Shown here piece by piece: positions 1-11,013 of a stretch of 34,955 nt of DNA. A program made the translations under genes and the position numbers. The notes under the pieces were generated by a model, which was given only the letters and a program-made list of their open reading frames with translations, did no database searches and was not told where the DNA came from. The first letter of the stretch is position 1. Every line of letters begins with the position of its first letter. The stretch is from Diploschistes diacapsis (lineage: Eukaryota), in the NCBI GenBank assembly GCA_023645945.1, contig JALAIB010000081.1, positions 1-34,955 of the forward strand. Reading direction: 5' to 3'.

Positions 1-479
1 GCATGGGGCCGATGTGTTGGTGGACGAGCTCGGGGGTTGGGTTGACGTGGTAGTCCGTGCGGGCGTTGGGGCCGCCGACGATCTGAGAGGGGTTAGGGGG
101 TTGGTGGCGGAAGGGGAAGGAGGTGGAAAGGTGGAGAGGGAGGGTGGAGGAAGGAAGGAAGGAAGGAAGGAAGGAAGGAAGGAAGGAAGGAAGGAAGGAA
201 GGAAGGAAGGGTACCATGACTGTCATATCCTCCTGATACACGCAATGGTTATTTATCGGGGGTTTGAGCAGGTGGCGGTTTTTGGCAAGCCTATTCTCAG
301 CATCAGTCTATGCTTGCGAGGGACATTGGAGAAAGAGAGCCTTGTGTAAAGCGTAAAAGCAAATTGTTCGTTGAGAGAAAGGCAGGATGGCAAGCTGGCA
401 GACTGGCGTGGGCGGGGGTATGGAGAGGGGCTCATTACCATTTCGGAAGATTCAGCGGCATGCGCAACGAGCTAGCCAT
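1..479 (-). CDS. BNA1: 3-hydroxyanthranilate 3,4-dioxygenase (kynurenine/NAD pathway), 5' part, truncated by the window edge
   Basis: Exons 479-439, 290-215 and 82-1 joined by GT-AG introns give [57 protein letters not shown]..., including the 3HAO signature VGGPNxRxDYH. Confidence 0.95.
149..210. repeat. (GGAA)15 microsatellite in BNA1 intron 2
   Basis: Perfect GGAA run; it reads (TTCC)n on the BNA1 sense strand, directly after the splice donor. Confidence 0.97.
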
Positions 480-729
480 ACTGGTCATGCTGGATGTGAT
501 ATGAATATATGGGGGGACAATAGTAACGCCGTGGGGCGGGATAGTGCGGCAGGACGGAGACACGAGGATAGTGGCCTATGGCTGTGGACTGGGAGAAGAA
601 GGCGGTAGGTAGAATGCTTGGACACAGATGCACTAGAACATGATGATCGGTAGAAGGTATTTCTTTCTTCCAGATTACATTTCATCTCTGTGATTAGTTA
701 TGAAGCGTCTGGCCTTTTCGCCCGGCAAA

Positions 730-737
730 TGACGTCA
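730..737. promoter_or_regulatory. Palindromic CRE (ATF/CREB-type bZIP site) upstream of BNA1
   Basis: TGACGTCA about 250 bp upstream of the BNA1 ATG; motif match only. Confidence 0.3.
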
Positions 738-1529
738 AAATAATTATAGGAAGGTTTTCGCCAAGAAAGGGATTCCAAATTCGGCAATTCTTCCTGTCTT
801 GCTTCTCAAAACGAGCACTTTACACATAGTTCTTCTACCCTTCCAGGCTTAATGGTAGGTAAGTGCTAGGAAAAGTCGCCTTAGAAAAGTCGATCTGCGT
901 GGAAGTTTGGACTCTATAGATAGATATGCATGCTCTGGGGGGCTTCTTCTCAACTTATGGGATTCATATTGCATGGGAGCTCATGCTGCATGGGATATAA
1001 TCTTGTGTAGAGACAGCTTATCTTACATGAGGCTCATGGCCTTCATAAAAACCATACTGCAATCAAGTGGTACACTAGGTAGAGGAACCGCTCAGGATGG
1101 CAATATGAGTTGCAAAGGTAGACAATGGCTTGTAAAATTAAATTCGGTAAAAGGAGGTGCGTTCGTCAAGACCGTCGGTTCGTTGCCTCTGGAATTGCAA
1201 AGGTACGCGCATCAGAAGGGGCGCTATGGAAATTCGTCCTCCATCCTCGGAGCAGCATGCGCAAAGGTGTTGAACCTGCTGTAACACAGAACACCTCCTG
1301 AATTCGGCGTTCTTCATCTTCCCCTCTTCTCACCTGGAGGCAGTTGATGCCCGTAGCACAGCCAGCGCGCTAGCAGTGATTCTAGTGACCATTTTCAGCT
1401 TCCGTCGGGCATAGAATACAAAGGGGCCTCTCCTCCATGTGTCATATCCACTAATCAATAGCCTGTCCTTCACTCGCCTTTCTCCCGTAAGCGCCTTCAC
1501 AATATCGACTCACCTACCATAAACCCTTA

Positions 1530-2897
1530 TCATTCGGCCCACCTCTTCTCCCGCAATGGCATTTCCTTCCCTCCCTTGGCTCTCGACCCGTCCTCCTCTG
1601 CCCTCCACGCAAAGTACTCGCCCAATCTTATCTCTGCGTACTCGGCGTAGTCGAAGTCAATCTGCGAGATTGTGGCTTGGATAAGCGCCCATATGCCCCA
1701 ATACAGGCCTGGAATACCTCGAAAGTGGTCCACGCTCTCGACCACGGCGTCCAGATCGGCATATGCAGGCAGGTCTTTGCCGTTCTCCAGGTTCTGCTTG
1801 TACGAGCCTAGGTAAACGGAGAGGAAGGCCCGGCGCGTGCCTCGAGTCGGAAGCACGCTGTAGTCGCAATCGAACCCGCCCCATTCGGCGAAGTGGTTGG
1901 CAAGATCAAAGGCGGCCGGTGCCGGGACGGCGTATTCGTAGTCGATGAAATTGACGTCCTCGCTCTCTTTCGTTCCATCAACAGACTTCTTCGACGGCGA
2001 GCTGACAATCACGACGTTGCCCGAAAGTAGATCGCAATGGCTGAGGACTAAGCCATCCTTGCCGAGACCCGGGAGATGCACGAACTCGGATACTGTGCGG
2101 TCGAGCTCTTTTTGCAGCAGAGCTTGCCGGCTCTTCTCCGATTCGCTCTCCGCAGGTAAAGCACGTATCCACTTTTGCATGATGGTCCACACGTTCGGCG
2201 TTACCGTCTTCGAGGTGAGACCGTTGAGATCCGACGGCGGAACCGGTTCCTGCAGGGCAAAAGAGATCGGCACTGCCGGATGCCCATTTTCGACGACCTT
2301 TGCAGGCATCGAGGGGGTTATAGGAAGACTGGCATGCCATTGACCGAGCCTTGCCGCAACACCGCGCCATACCGACTCTTTTCGAAGGTCTGCCGGGGTG
2401 CAGACCCGGCCCGGGATAAACCTGTAGATCATACCGTTCTGGAATCTCGCGAGCAGGGGCGGTGCAAGGTTGTGCGAGGCGAGGAGCAAATGGGAGGCAG
2501 TCTCCTCTATATCATCATGAGTTATGGCGCATGTGGGTCATGATCGCTCTACTGACTTTCTCTGTCGATGAGTACTTCGGTGCCTCTGCCATAGGCTCGA
2601 ATGAGTATGCTGTCGGCGTCAACTTGGGATTCTGACCAACCAGGTCTGTGCTTGGCTGCCTTGAGGAGCTGGGGCAAGTTTAGCATCGGTTTTTCAGGGC
2701 TATATGCCTCGGAGCCATACCGTGTTTGTGATTCCGTCGGTGAACCTCGTCAGCTTGATCTCGCCCTCGTCTTTTTCCCACTCAGGGAAGAGAGAGAAAA
2801 TGAGACGCAGAGCAGAGGCTTGATGGTCAGCATTATTGAAGGAATGGGAAATATGCCGCAGAGTTGGCCGTTTGGGTTTTGCTGTTGAAGAATTCAT
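1530..2897 (-). CDS. EKI1: Ethanolamine/choline kinase
   Basis: Exons 2897-2721, 2668-2557 and 2506-1530. Motifs: FTDGITNTLLK, IRAYGRGTEVLIDRE, Brenner motif HCDLLSGNV, FIDYEYA, FDLANHFAEWGG. Confidence 0.93.
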
Positions 2898-3386
2898 ACT
2901 GGGACACAGTACCATTTTTCTGAAAGCTGGAATGGACTCGATTTAGAGACGTAGGGATTCATGAGCGTGGATGCTTGATGAAGCAAGGCACCAAGAGAAG
3001 TGTGTTCTGGTTTAAGGTTAAATAAGCCGATGTGATGAGAGTGTGTATATAGGTTCTTCCATGGTACAAAGTCAACAGGAACTGTGCAGATGCAGGGAGT
3101 GCCTACCAGCCAAAACAAAGTGGTGGGTATGAGGGGTGTGAAGAAGATGCGTGGGAATCCCGCGCAGTATCATGGCACGTGACTTGAAGATTGACCGGAT
3201 ATTTATTTCTCCGCCTCTCATTACCGTCTTGGCACTTTGCTGCCTGGGTAGGGCTGCTGATGCTCTTGGACACACGGACAACAAGACGCTGGGAAACGGC
3301 CCGATACTAACTAAGTAACTATTGATGGAGGAGGTGTGGGGGGGAATGACCTATCGAAATGTCAGATGTGCATACTAGACTACTAG

Positions 3387-3620
3387 TACAGTACTGGGCC
3401 AAAAGTAGTTAGATCCCGCCCCATTTCTTGTCACGAAAGTTTACGAAAGTACCCCCCAGAATAAACCTTGAGCCTTTTTTGTATGGCACCATTTTAATCA
3501 GCGCTAACCTTTATTCTGCATTCTGGGGGGTACTTCGTACTGTTCAACACTTGAAGTTATTTCATTCTTATTTTTTCTCGATTTTTCAGAATTTATATAG
3601 ATGCATTAAAACGTCAGCGA
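3387..3620. mobile_element. Putative solitary Tc1/mariner (impala/mimp-like) terminal fragment
   Basis: TA followed by CAGTACTGGGCCAAAAGTAGTTAGATCC resembles Tc1/impala TIRs (CAGT...CAAAAAGT). The segment is AT-rich and has an internal inverted repeat (3442-3462 / 3520-3539). No second TIR or transposase was found; the right boundary is approximate. Confidence 0.45.
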
Positions 3621-4090
3621 AATAAATGAGAATATAATTACTGCACCCGTAACCGCCATTTTTATAGGTGTTTTCCCCTACCACCCCACTATAACTATTT
3701 CTAGGGGGCCTGACCAGAGAATTTATTTCAAAAGATGAGGCTACAATCCGTGACATACCAATGACGTGGGGGCCTAATCTCTTTTCAACAATGTGCGTTG
3801 TCTTAGGGATGCACGGCTTATTCCCAGTCTCAAAGTCGCATGCAGCACCCACAATCAGCTTGACACATGTCCCAACGGCTTTAGCAGTAGTATTACAAAG
3901 TACTACGTGTCGGGCATATATACACTCGACCTCTGCAGGAGTACCTTTCCCTACCTTCTTTCTTTTCCCCGTTGCACCTTCCATGGAAGATACATACCGT
4001 CAGTTATAAGACCCATTACTAGCAGAGTAGCCCGTGTGAATTTTCTCATACTTCACAATGTTAGCAACTCCTAAAGACGCCAACTTCTTC

Positions 4091-4968
4091 ATGGGCGTGC
4101 TCAGGAGGTAGTTTCTCCCTATCCAGCGGCATGTTCTAGCCACCTACTAATACTTCCCAGTGACAGCGATGGGTGCATTGAAGGGAGCCTGGCCAGTCCA
4201 AAGCAAGGCTTCTTGACAACGCTCCTCCTCGTGCTTATTGTCTCCCTTCTCTCCTGTCTCTATCTCTTAGTCGTCTTAGATTATGAATTCTTTCTTGCCA
4301 TCGGTCCTGGTGGTACTCCCTCTACCCCAGCGGGTTATGCCAAGATCTGCCTTCTCCGTCTTCTAGCCAGGAGCAAACGCGGAGTCTTGACTCCACCTCC
4401 AAACCATCTTGATCGCGCTTTTCGTCCATACTTCAGCATTCCAGAGGCATTGCCACAGAGATCACGGTCGAGACCACGAAGTGCCGGCCTAGCACCCCAT
4501 CGCCAAATCACCCAGAAAGGCAGCGCCCAGGATGTCCTCACCCTGGCCACCGCATTCAAGGATCTCGCGAGGAAGAACCCCACCGTCCTCCAGGAAGGCG
4601 TGTCGTGCTTCGAGAAACACAACCTCGGGCTCTTCCTGACGCCCTCTCCTGCCGACGAAGCGCTTCTGGCCAAGGAGCACCACCTTCCAACCAAGACCAG
4701 AGTATCGAGACGCGTAACCTGCGGCGTTCCGCCGGAGGTTGCGCACATGCATGGCAGCGAAGGAAGCCTGCATTTGACGCTCCACCCGCAGGACGCCGCG
4801 GCGGTTATTCAACGAGGATGGGGTGAGAGACATCCCTTAGCAGGACGTTGGCTGCTGAGCGAGTTCATGATGATTTATGCCCCGGTTGGGAAGGAGGAGC
4901 TGAAGTGTGTCATGGACATTGTGAGGGCAGCGGCTTGGTGGGTTGGGAGCGTGGAACTGGAGGCTTGA
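4091..4968 (+). CDS. Luciferase-family (fungal Luz / DUF5519-like) domain protein with an N-terminal transmembrane helix
   Basis: Exon 4091-4107, intron 4108-4160 (GTAGTT, TACTAAT, CAG), exon 4161-4968. Motifs: DYEFFLAIGPGGTP, LPQRSRSRP...PHRQITQ, AHMHGSEGSLHLTLHPQDA, GWGERHPLAG, MIYAP. Confidence 0.85.
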
Positions 4969-5907
4969 GCTTTGAAGAATTGAGGCTCCCTGATGGATGC
5001 TGATGGGGTTGTTCAGCTGAAGATCTGAGTTTCTGAGGAGCTGATGCTCCGCAAAGAACCCCATGTTAGTGTCAAGCGGGAAGCTTCAATTCTGAAGAGC
5101 TCATAGCTTGGTGACGGCTTCTTATGCTTGAAAGCAGGAAGCTTAGTGATGGAATTTGATGCTTGTACTCCGAGGAGCTGGTGGATCGGTAACGGATCCT
5201 GATGCTTGTTGAGGAGCCGGTTGCTTGGCGATGGATTTCGAAGTTGGTGTTGTGATGAGGAGAGAGCTTTGATAGGAGACTGAACAAGGAATGTTCCTCC
5301 TCCCTTGGACGACTAATATCTCCACTGATGATTGCATGTGCTCTTCTGGCCCACTTTGACTTCGGGACAGTACCATATTCACCTAGCCTGGACAGAGCAA
5401 GTCTAGTTGGGGACACGTGTTCCTTGTTCTAATCATATTCCGTGACCCCAGATCCAACTTCACTAACCAAACTCCGTTCTACTCTCCGCAGTGCTGCTGA
5501 AGCCTTGCACTGCCTCCGACTATCCCTTCCTCTCTAACCTCCTCTACAGTCCCAGACTGGATGTGTCTATAACAGATGACGCGCTCGCGACAGTCTCGCG
5601 TATCTCTACACCGAGACCTGACAGTGCCTACCCGAGCTCCAAGGACGCACAAAGAAACATTGGGATCAAACAGAGACATAAAAGATACAAATACCATCCC
5701 TTACTCCAGCGGCTACATCTTCATTTCCTCTTCCCCTCTTCACCTTTTCTACCTTCCTTTCATTCTCTTCTTTCTTTCATTTCCAGTTCATCTCACTTGC
5801 TCACCTGATGGGGTATCAGAGGTCCTGCTTCTGAACCCAGCCTTCTTCCCCCTAATACTTATACGAATATACGTCCCTACACAAGCTTCCTGTTTACCCT
5901 CCCCACG

Positions 5908-8680
5908 ATGGCAGCTCACCTCTGTGTCGTCTCTCGTCTCCCATAAAGGATCTTCGCGCTGCATGAAGCAGGCGAGTCTTCCGTCACCCTTGCTGCCATT
6001 CAGGAATACAACAAGATATATATGAGCCAGGAAGGGCCCGTCCTCCTGTTTCCACAACCAGCTCAGACCATCAACATCAGTCAAATCCCTTTGCTACCCT
6101 GCTTCACTCCGCGCGAGGAAAGCCTTCTCCTTCCTCTTTTGAGCTTTTCTCGCCCGGGGTGAAGCAGGAGAATCTTCCAGGATCGTCCTTCCATACCTTC
6201 TCCTGCTGCAATCAAGCGGAGAACCATTCGTCCCAAGAATGAGGCGTGTCCCAAGTCTGCCGAACATCTTACATCCTTCGAAATTCGCCTGCTTCTCCCC
6301 GGAAGGAGTGAAGCAGGAGAGTCAGGTGGGATCTGGCATTAAAATTTGCGGCTCATCCACCAGTAGGGCTGGGGGTCGGCCTTTTCCTGCCTGCAGATCA
6401 AGTGGAGAACCGTTCATTACAAGAACGCCAAACATTCCGAGTATCCCAAGTTGCCTTTCATCTTCTTGGATTCTTCGGACCTTTCGCCCCGCGCAACTGA
6501 AACAGCAAGTAAAACTGTCGAACCGGCAACGCGCCCCATGCTCAAAGCCACGCAACGCAAGATGAGCAAAGTTCTCAGCCCTCCAGTCCCTCCGCAATCG
6601 TCTGCATCCAATAAAGGAGCTTGACAAAAGAACGCAGTCTTCAACCCCCGTGCTTTTCTGCCTTCAGGGCCTTGTCGCCCACTCCTATTCTGGCAGGGGA
6701 GCTTCGACACACCATTCTCTCGGCAGGACGAGTCTCGGGAAAGCATTGAACGAGCACACTGAGCAACAACCTGTCCTTTTTTTCTTCCACAACCGCATCT
6801 TGCCATCCCCCGTTCCTTGGTGTTTGCGGTATATGAGAACGGCTTTTCCCATCTCCCGATGAACATACATGATTTATCTTTCGCAACGAGAGGAGTGACG
6901 AGCCACCTTCCGACTGAAGGTAAATTGAGCAGGGAATTATGAAGACTGGGGGCTAATCGCATTCTAGTGGTAAACTTTCTCTCGGCCCCACCCAAGGCGC
7001 CGCCACATCCGATTAAGTTGCCAGCAAGGGAGACCCCGATCCAAGCACCTCGGCTTACCGCCAGTCATTGTTCAGGCACAACCTTATAAAACCAGCTCCA
7101 AGCTTTCACGCACTTCATTCTTCTGTCGTTCTTCCCATCAAACCGGCAGCAGGCAACCCGCACCCAAGCATCGCAGCCCATCTCAAGAGTCAGTCATTCG
7201 CAACATCCAGAACAAGTACAGCCTTTCTCGGTCCAACCTTGGCTGAGATTCGATTGAGAAGCTAATCTCAACTGAGAATTTCCGGTATCTTATACTTGAC
7301 CTTTTCAGCAACTGGTGCCGACAACTGTGCGGCGATTTGGGTGCTCTCAAGATTTCACAAGGCTTGGAGGCGCGCATTCTCTTCGCAGAGCTAAATATAT
7401 CTGAGAATTTCCGGCGTCTTATACTTGATATCCCGCGATCTGTGGCGTCCTTGATGGAGAAGCTCAAGGGCGCGGATGTCCAACGACTTGCCTCATTCGT
7501 CGTGTGTGTTTGTGATCCGTAGACAGCTCCGAGCAGCACACCGCAAGAGAGGCGCGTATCCTCACAGATAATACGCGACGTATAGGGTGGTCGGTGGATA
7601 TGAGCATCGAGCCCAACACAGGACCAGGACCAGACTGCGGAATTCTGGTAGGTACATGGTCATCCAGGAGTTGCCCTTTCTTCAACCCTGAGAAGCTGAG
7701 CCATGCCTCCGCCACTGTTGCCTTTGCTTTCAGATACCTCTGGTCCATTTGCACATCAACCTCTTCAAAATCGAGTTCGATATGGGCCGCCTTTGCACTT
7801 CGACGAAGATTCAGAAGCCGAGGGTCACAACCTTTGGATCTTCACCGTTTTGTTTCAAGTATTAATCGCCGAGGAAGACCATATATATCGAATCAAGGGT
7901 TGTGACCCTCTGCTTTCTGAAGGCTCAAGCATTCCGACTTAGGAGATCAGTAACTTCACCACAATCGTTAGCAGGAACAGCAATATGCAAGGTTCGATAT
8001 ATAAGAAAGAGAGCTTTCTGAAGGCTCAAGTATTCCGACTTAGGAGATCAGTAACTTCACCACAACAAATAGCAGGAACAACAATATGCAAGGTTGGATA
8101 TATAAGAAAGAGAGCTTTCTGAAGGCCCAAGCATTCCGACTTAGGAGATCAGTAACTTCACCACAACAAACAGCAGGAACAGCAATATGCAAGGTTGGAT
8201 ATATAAGAAAGAGAGCTTTTTGAAGGCTCAAGCATTCTGACTTAGGAGATCAGTGACTTCATTATAATAAATAGCAGGAACAACAATATGCAAGGTTCGA
8301 CATATAAGAAAGAGAGCTTTCTGAAGGCTCAAGCATTCCGACTTAGGAGACCAGTGACTTCACCACAATAAACAGCAGGAACAGCAATATGCAAGGTTCG
8401 ACACATAAGAAAAAGAAACTCGTCCTCGATCAAAGAATTCCCTGGAGGAGGTAAACAACGAAATCGAGGCCGCAAGGGGTTTCCAGCGAGTTCATCTGGG
8501 CTAGGAAATTGATATAGCTCAGGTAACACAGAATGGCCCTTTTAGATATGCGCACGCCGGACGTATAGGTCCGGCTGGGAAACACTCTGCATCATCCTTA
8601 GATAGCAACACAAAACCTTTCAGTCCTAGCCAAGTAGTTAGCCTTCACCGTCAACTGTTGATGTGGACATCGAAATAGAC
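5908..8680 (+). pseudogene. Possible decayed orphan coding region with internal duplications
   Basis: A CT-rich leader (about 5720-5790) precedes ATG 5908, then about 110 codons interrupted by one TAA. Further protein-like segments are broken by TAA/TAG/TGA, and there are internal direct repeats. No family recognised; boundaries are uncertain. Confidence 0.3.
7913..8412. repeat. Tandem array of five 101-bp units
   Basis: Units start at 7913, 8014, 8115, 8216 and 8317 (CTTTCTGAAGGCTCAAGCATTCCGACTTAGGAGA...ATAAGAAAGAGAG). They differ mostly by C>T and G>A changes. Confidence 0.97.
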
Positions 8681-9964
8681 CAAGGAAGCATCAGAACCCC
8701 TGCTGTATGGCAGCACCGAGCGACAACCCTCTCGTACACAGAGCACGAGATGCTTTGGGCCGCGCTCTCAGAAAGCCATGCATGTATAAAGCGTATAATC
8801 ATCTGCTAGGTAGAACAAGCACAAAAGAGCAGAGAGTAAAACTTACTATCTTGCATGCCCAAGGTTCAAGCTACACCAAATACACTTCACTCCACAGCCC
8901 CTGATCGAAGCTTGGGGCAAACCTTCATCCTGACGGAGCATGCAGCGTTCCCAGTATCTTGTTCAGGTCCTTTTTGCGAAGGGGGATAGGACTACTGCAT
9001 CTGTGGAACGGAACGTTTGATTGATGCTCGCTGTGATTGCAGATTTTGTGGGAAGATTGGCCCCCAACCCAAGGCGCTAAACCCAAGACAGTCCACATCT
9101 TGTGATTGGCCGGCGCATCGCTCCAGCCAAAAATAACTTTAACCGCAACTTTGATCCTTCAGGCCTTTGTATGGGAACACAAAGGATCGACCCTGAAGAA
9201 AGAGCGTGGAGTCCTCTTCTACCGGCTCACGATCCTACCATGCGTGCAGTGAAGGATTTGCGCAAAAGATAACGTTACGGCCATCGGCCATCGGCCGTCG
9301 AGGCCAGGTTCGGTGTTAATCTGTTCGATGTTAATCTTCTACGCATCTCGAACTACGAAAAAGTATCGAGGATATTGATTGTTTCAAGCCAATCCATCTC
9401 CATGAGGATTCATGCTAGTACGGAGAAAGGGAAATCAAATCAATTACACAACTTGCCACGCGCTGTTCACAGGATGCCTGCATGTAGTATGTTACAGCAA
9501 GCAAGATTACCACAGAAGCTTGGGTGCAGATACCTTGTGACTGGCGCGGATCGATAGAGTTCAGTGAATCAAGCACTTAAATACCAGAGATGCTCACGTT
9601 CCTTGACTGTCGTTGGTACTTTTCCAGCACGGTGATCCCAGCTTTATTGATTCCTATTCGTTCGTTACCGGCATAACCGTCAAGTATTCCCTATTACATT
9701 CTTTGTTCAGTCCCCATTGTTAGCCTCCAATATGTGCCATCGAGGTGTGTTTCATCTCGCTTGCTCATAAGTTCTACTGTAAGTATCCTATGTGTTCGAC
9801 CTGGCAGTGTCACGCCGACCTTTGGCAGCAACAATAAGTCAGAAATTCCCAAGCTTCTGACACTTCAAGTTTTTTTTTCAAATCCAGAAACGCAGCACTC
9901 TCTTCCCGTACCCCAAACTTCCCTCTACATCCCCATCCACATCCTCGTCACCGTCTTCCCCACA

Positions 9965-11013
9965 ATGCTCTCCATTACCCTCCTCTCCCTCGGCGCTCTC
10001 GGCCTGGTAGCCGCCGCCTCCGACGCGCCCATCACAACCAACAACCCCCTCGGCGCCACCTACATGGCCATGCTCCCCTGCAGCAACAGCACGCCGATCC
10101 GCGGCTCCGTCCTCGGCACCACCAACTCGAACGGCTCCGGCATCGACTTCACCGTCTCCCTCGACCACATCCCCGTGACCGGCGGTCCCTACATCTACCA
10201 CATCCACCAGTACCCCGTCCCCTCCACGGGCAACTGCACGGGTACGGGGGCACACCTGGACCCCGAGAACCGCGGCGAGGAGCCGGGGTGCGATATCACG
10301 AAGCCGGAGACGTGCCAGGTTGGCGATCTAGCCGGCAAGTTCCCCTTCCTTCCTTCCTTCCTTGCTCTTTCTTCCCCCCCAACCTTCGTTCGAAACGATC
10401 TAAGAAAACATGTCCAATAGGCAAACACGGCTCCGTAAACACCACCTCCTACGGCACCCAGTCAGTTTCCTTCCCCACGGGCACCTCAGGCCACGTGCTC
10501 GCGCGCAAGAACGTCACTGCTGACCTGCACCTCAGATACCTCGACCTCTTCGTCTCCAGCGAGCCGGGCACCCCCGCGTTTTTCGGCAACCGCTCGCTCG
10601 TCGTGCACGACGGGTCCGGCGATCGGATCGCCTGTGCGAATTTCACGGCGCTGCAGGCTGGTGTTGGTGGAGGCGGAGGCGGAAGTGGGGCCAACGCGAC
10701 GTCCACGAAGTCCGCTACTGCTGCGAAGCACAGCACGGCGACGGCGACGGAGACAGGGGCGGGCGCGGGTACGGCCACATGCCATGGCGCTACTGCTGCG
10801 AGTACTGAGTATGCGACGGCAGCCTCGGCGACGAGCACGCGCCACGCCACCACCACCAGCACTACTATAGACACGGGCACCGCCCCAGCCGCCGTGACGC
10901 CCACTGCCTCGCTAAACGCGACCGCCATCCACCCCTTCACCGGCACCGCCGCGGCAGCCAAGCGCCTGAGCGCTGGAGCCGTGCTTCTGGCGGGCCTTGC
11001 GTTCTTTTTGTGA
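9965..11013 (+). CDS. Secreted, GPI-anchored Cu-only superoxide dismutase (Candida SOD4/5/6-type)
   Basis: Signal peptide MLSITLLSLGALGLVAAA. Exons 9965-10334, 10421-10460 and 10536-11013. Motifs: YHIH, C..TGAHLDP, CQVGDLAGKHG, RSLVVH..RIACANF. Thr/Ala-rich stalk and hydrophobic C-terminus GAVLLAGLAFFL. Confidence 0.92.

Noticed and set aside
14..349. 111-aa plus-strand ORF with RKEG repeats
   Set aside because: Antisense to BNA1; the repeats are the intronic GGAA microsatellite.
907..1284. 125-aa plus-strand ORF
   Set aside because: TTG start, no recognisable motif or codon bias; probably a chance intergenic ORF.
3586..4074. ORFs next to the putative TIR as a transposase remnant
   Set aside because: No DDE, HTH or WP..SPDLNPIE motif in any frame I translated.
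7913..8412. CRISPR array or tandem snoRNA/tRNA cluster
   Set aside because: The units are contiguous full-length repeats with no unique spacers, in a eukaryotic context with no cas genes. There is no RTGATGA C box and no cloverleaf.
9734..9964. Upstream extension of the SOD ORF from a GTG start
   Set aside because: The signal peptide begins at ATG 9965, in a good CACAATG context.
1..11013. BNA1, luciferase-like gene and SOD as a functional oxidative gene cluster
   Set aside because: They are interrupted by unrelated genes and 5 kb of decayed sequence, with no backbone enzyme or shared motif; conserved synteny would be needed.
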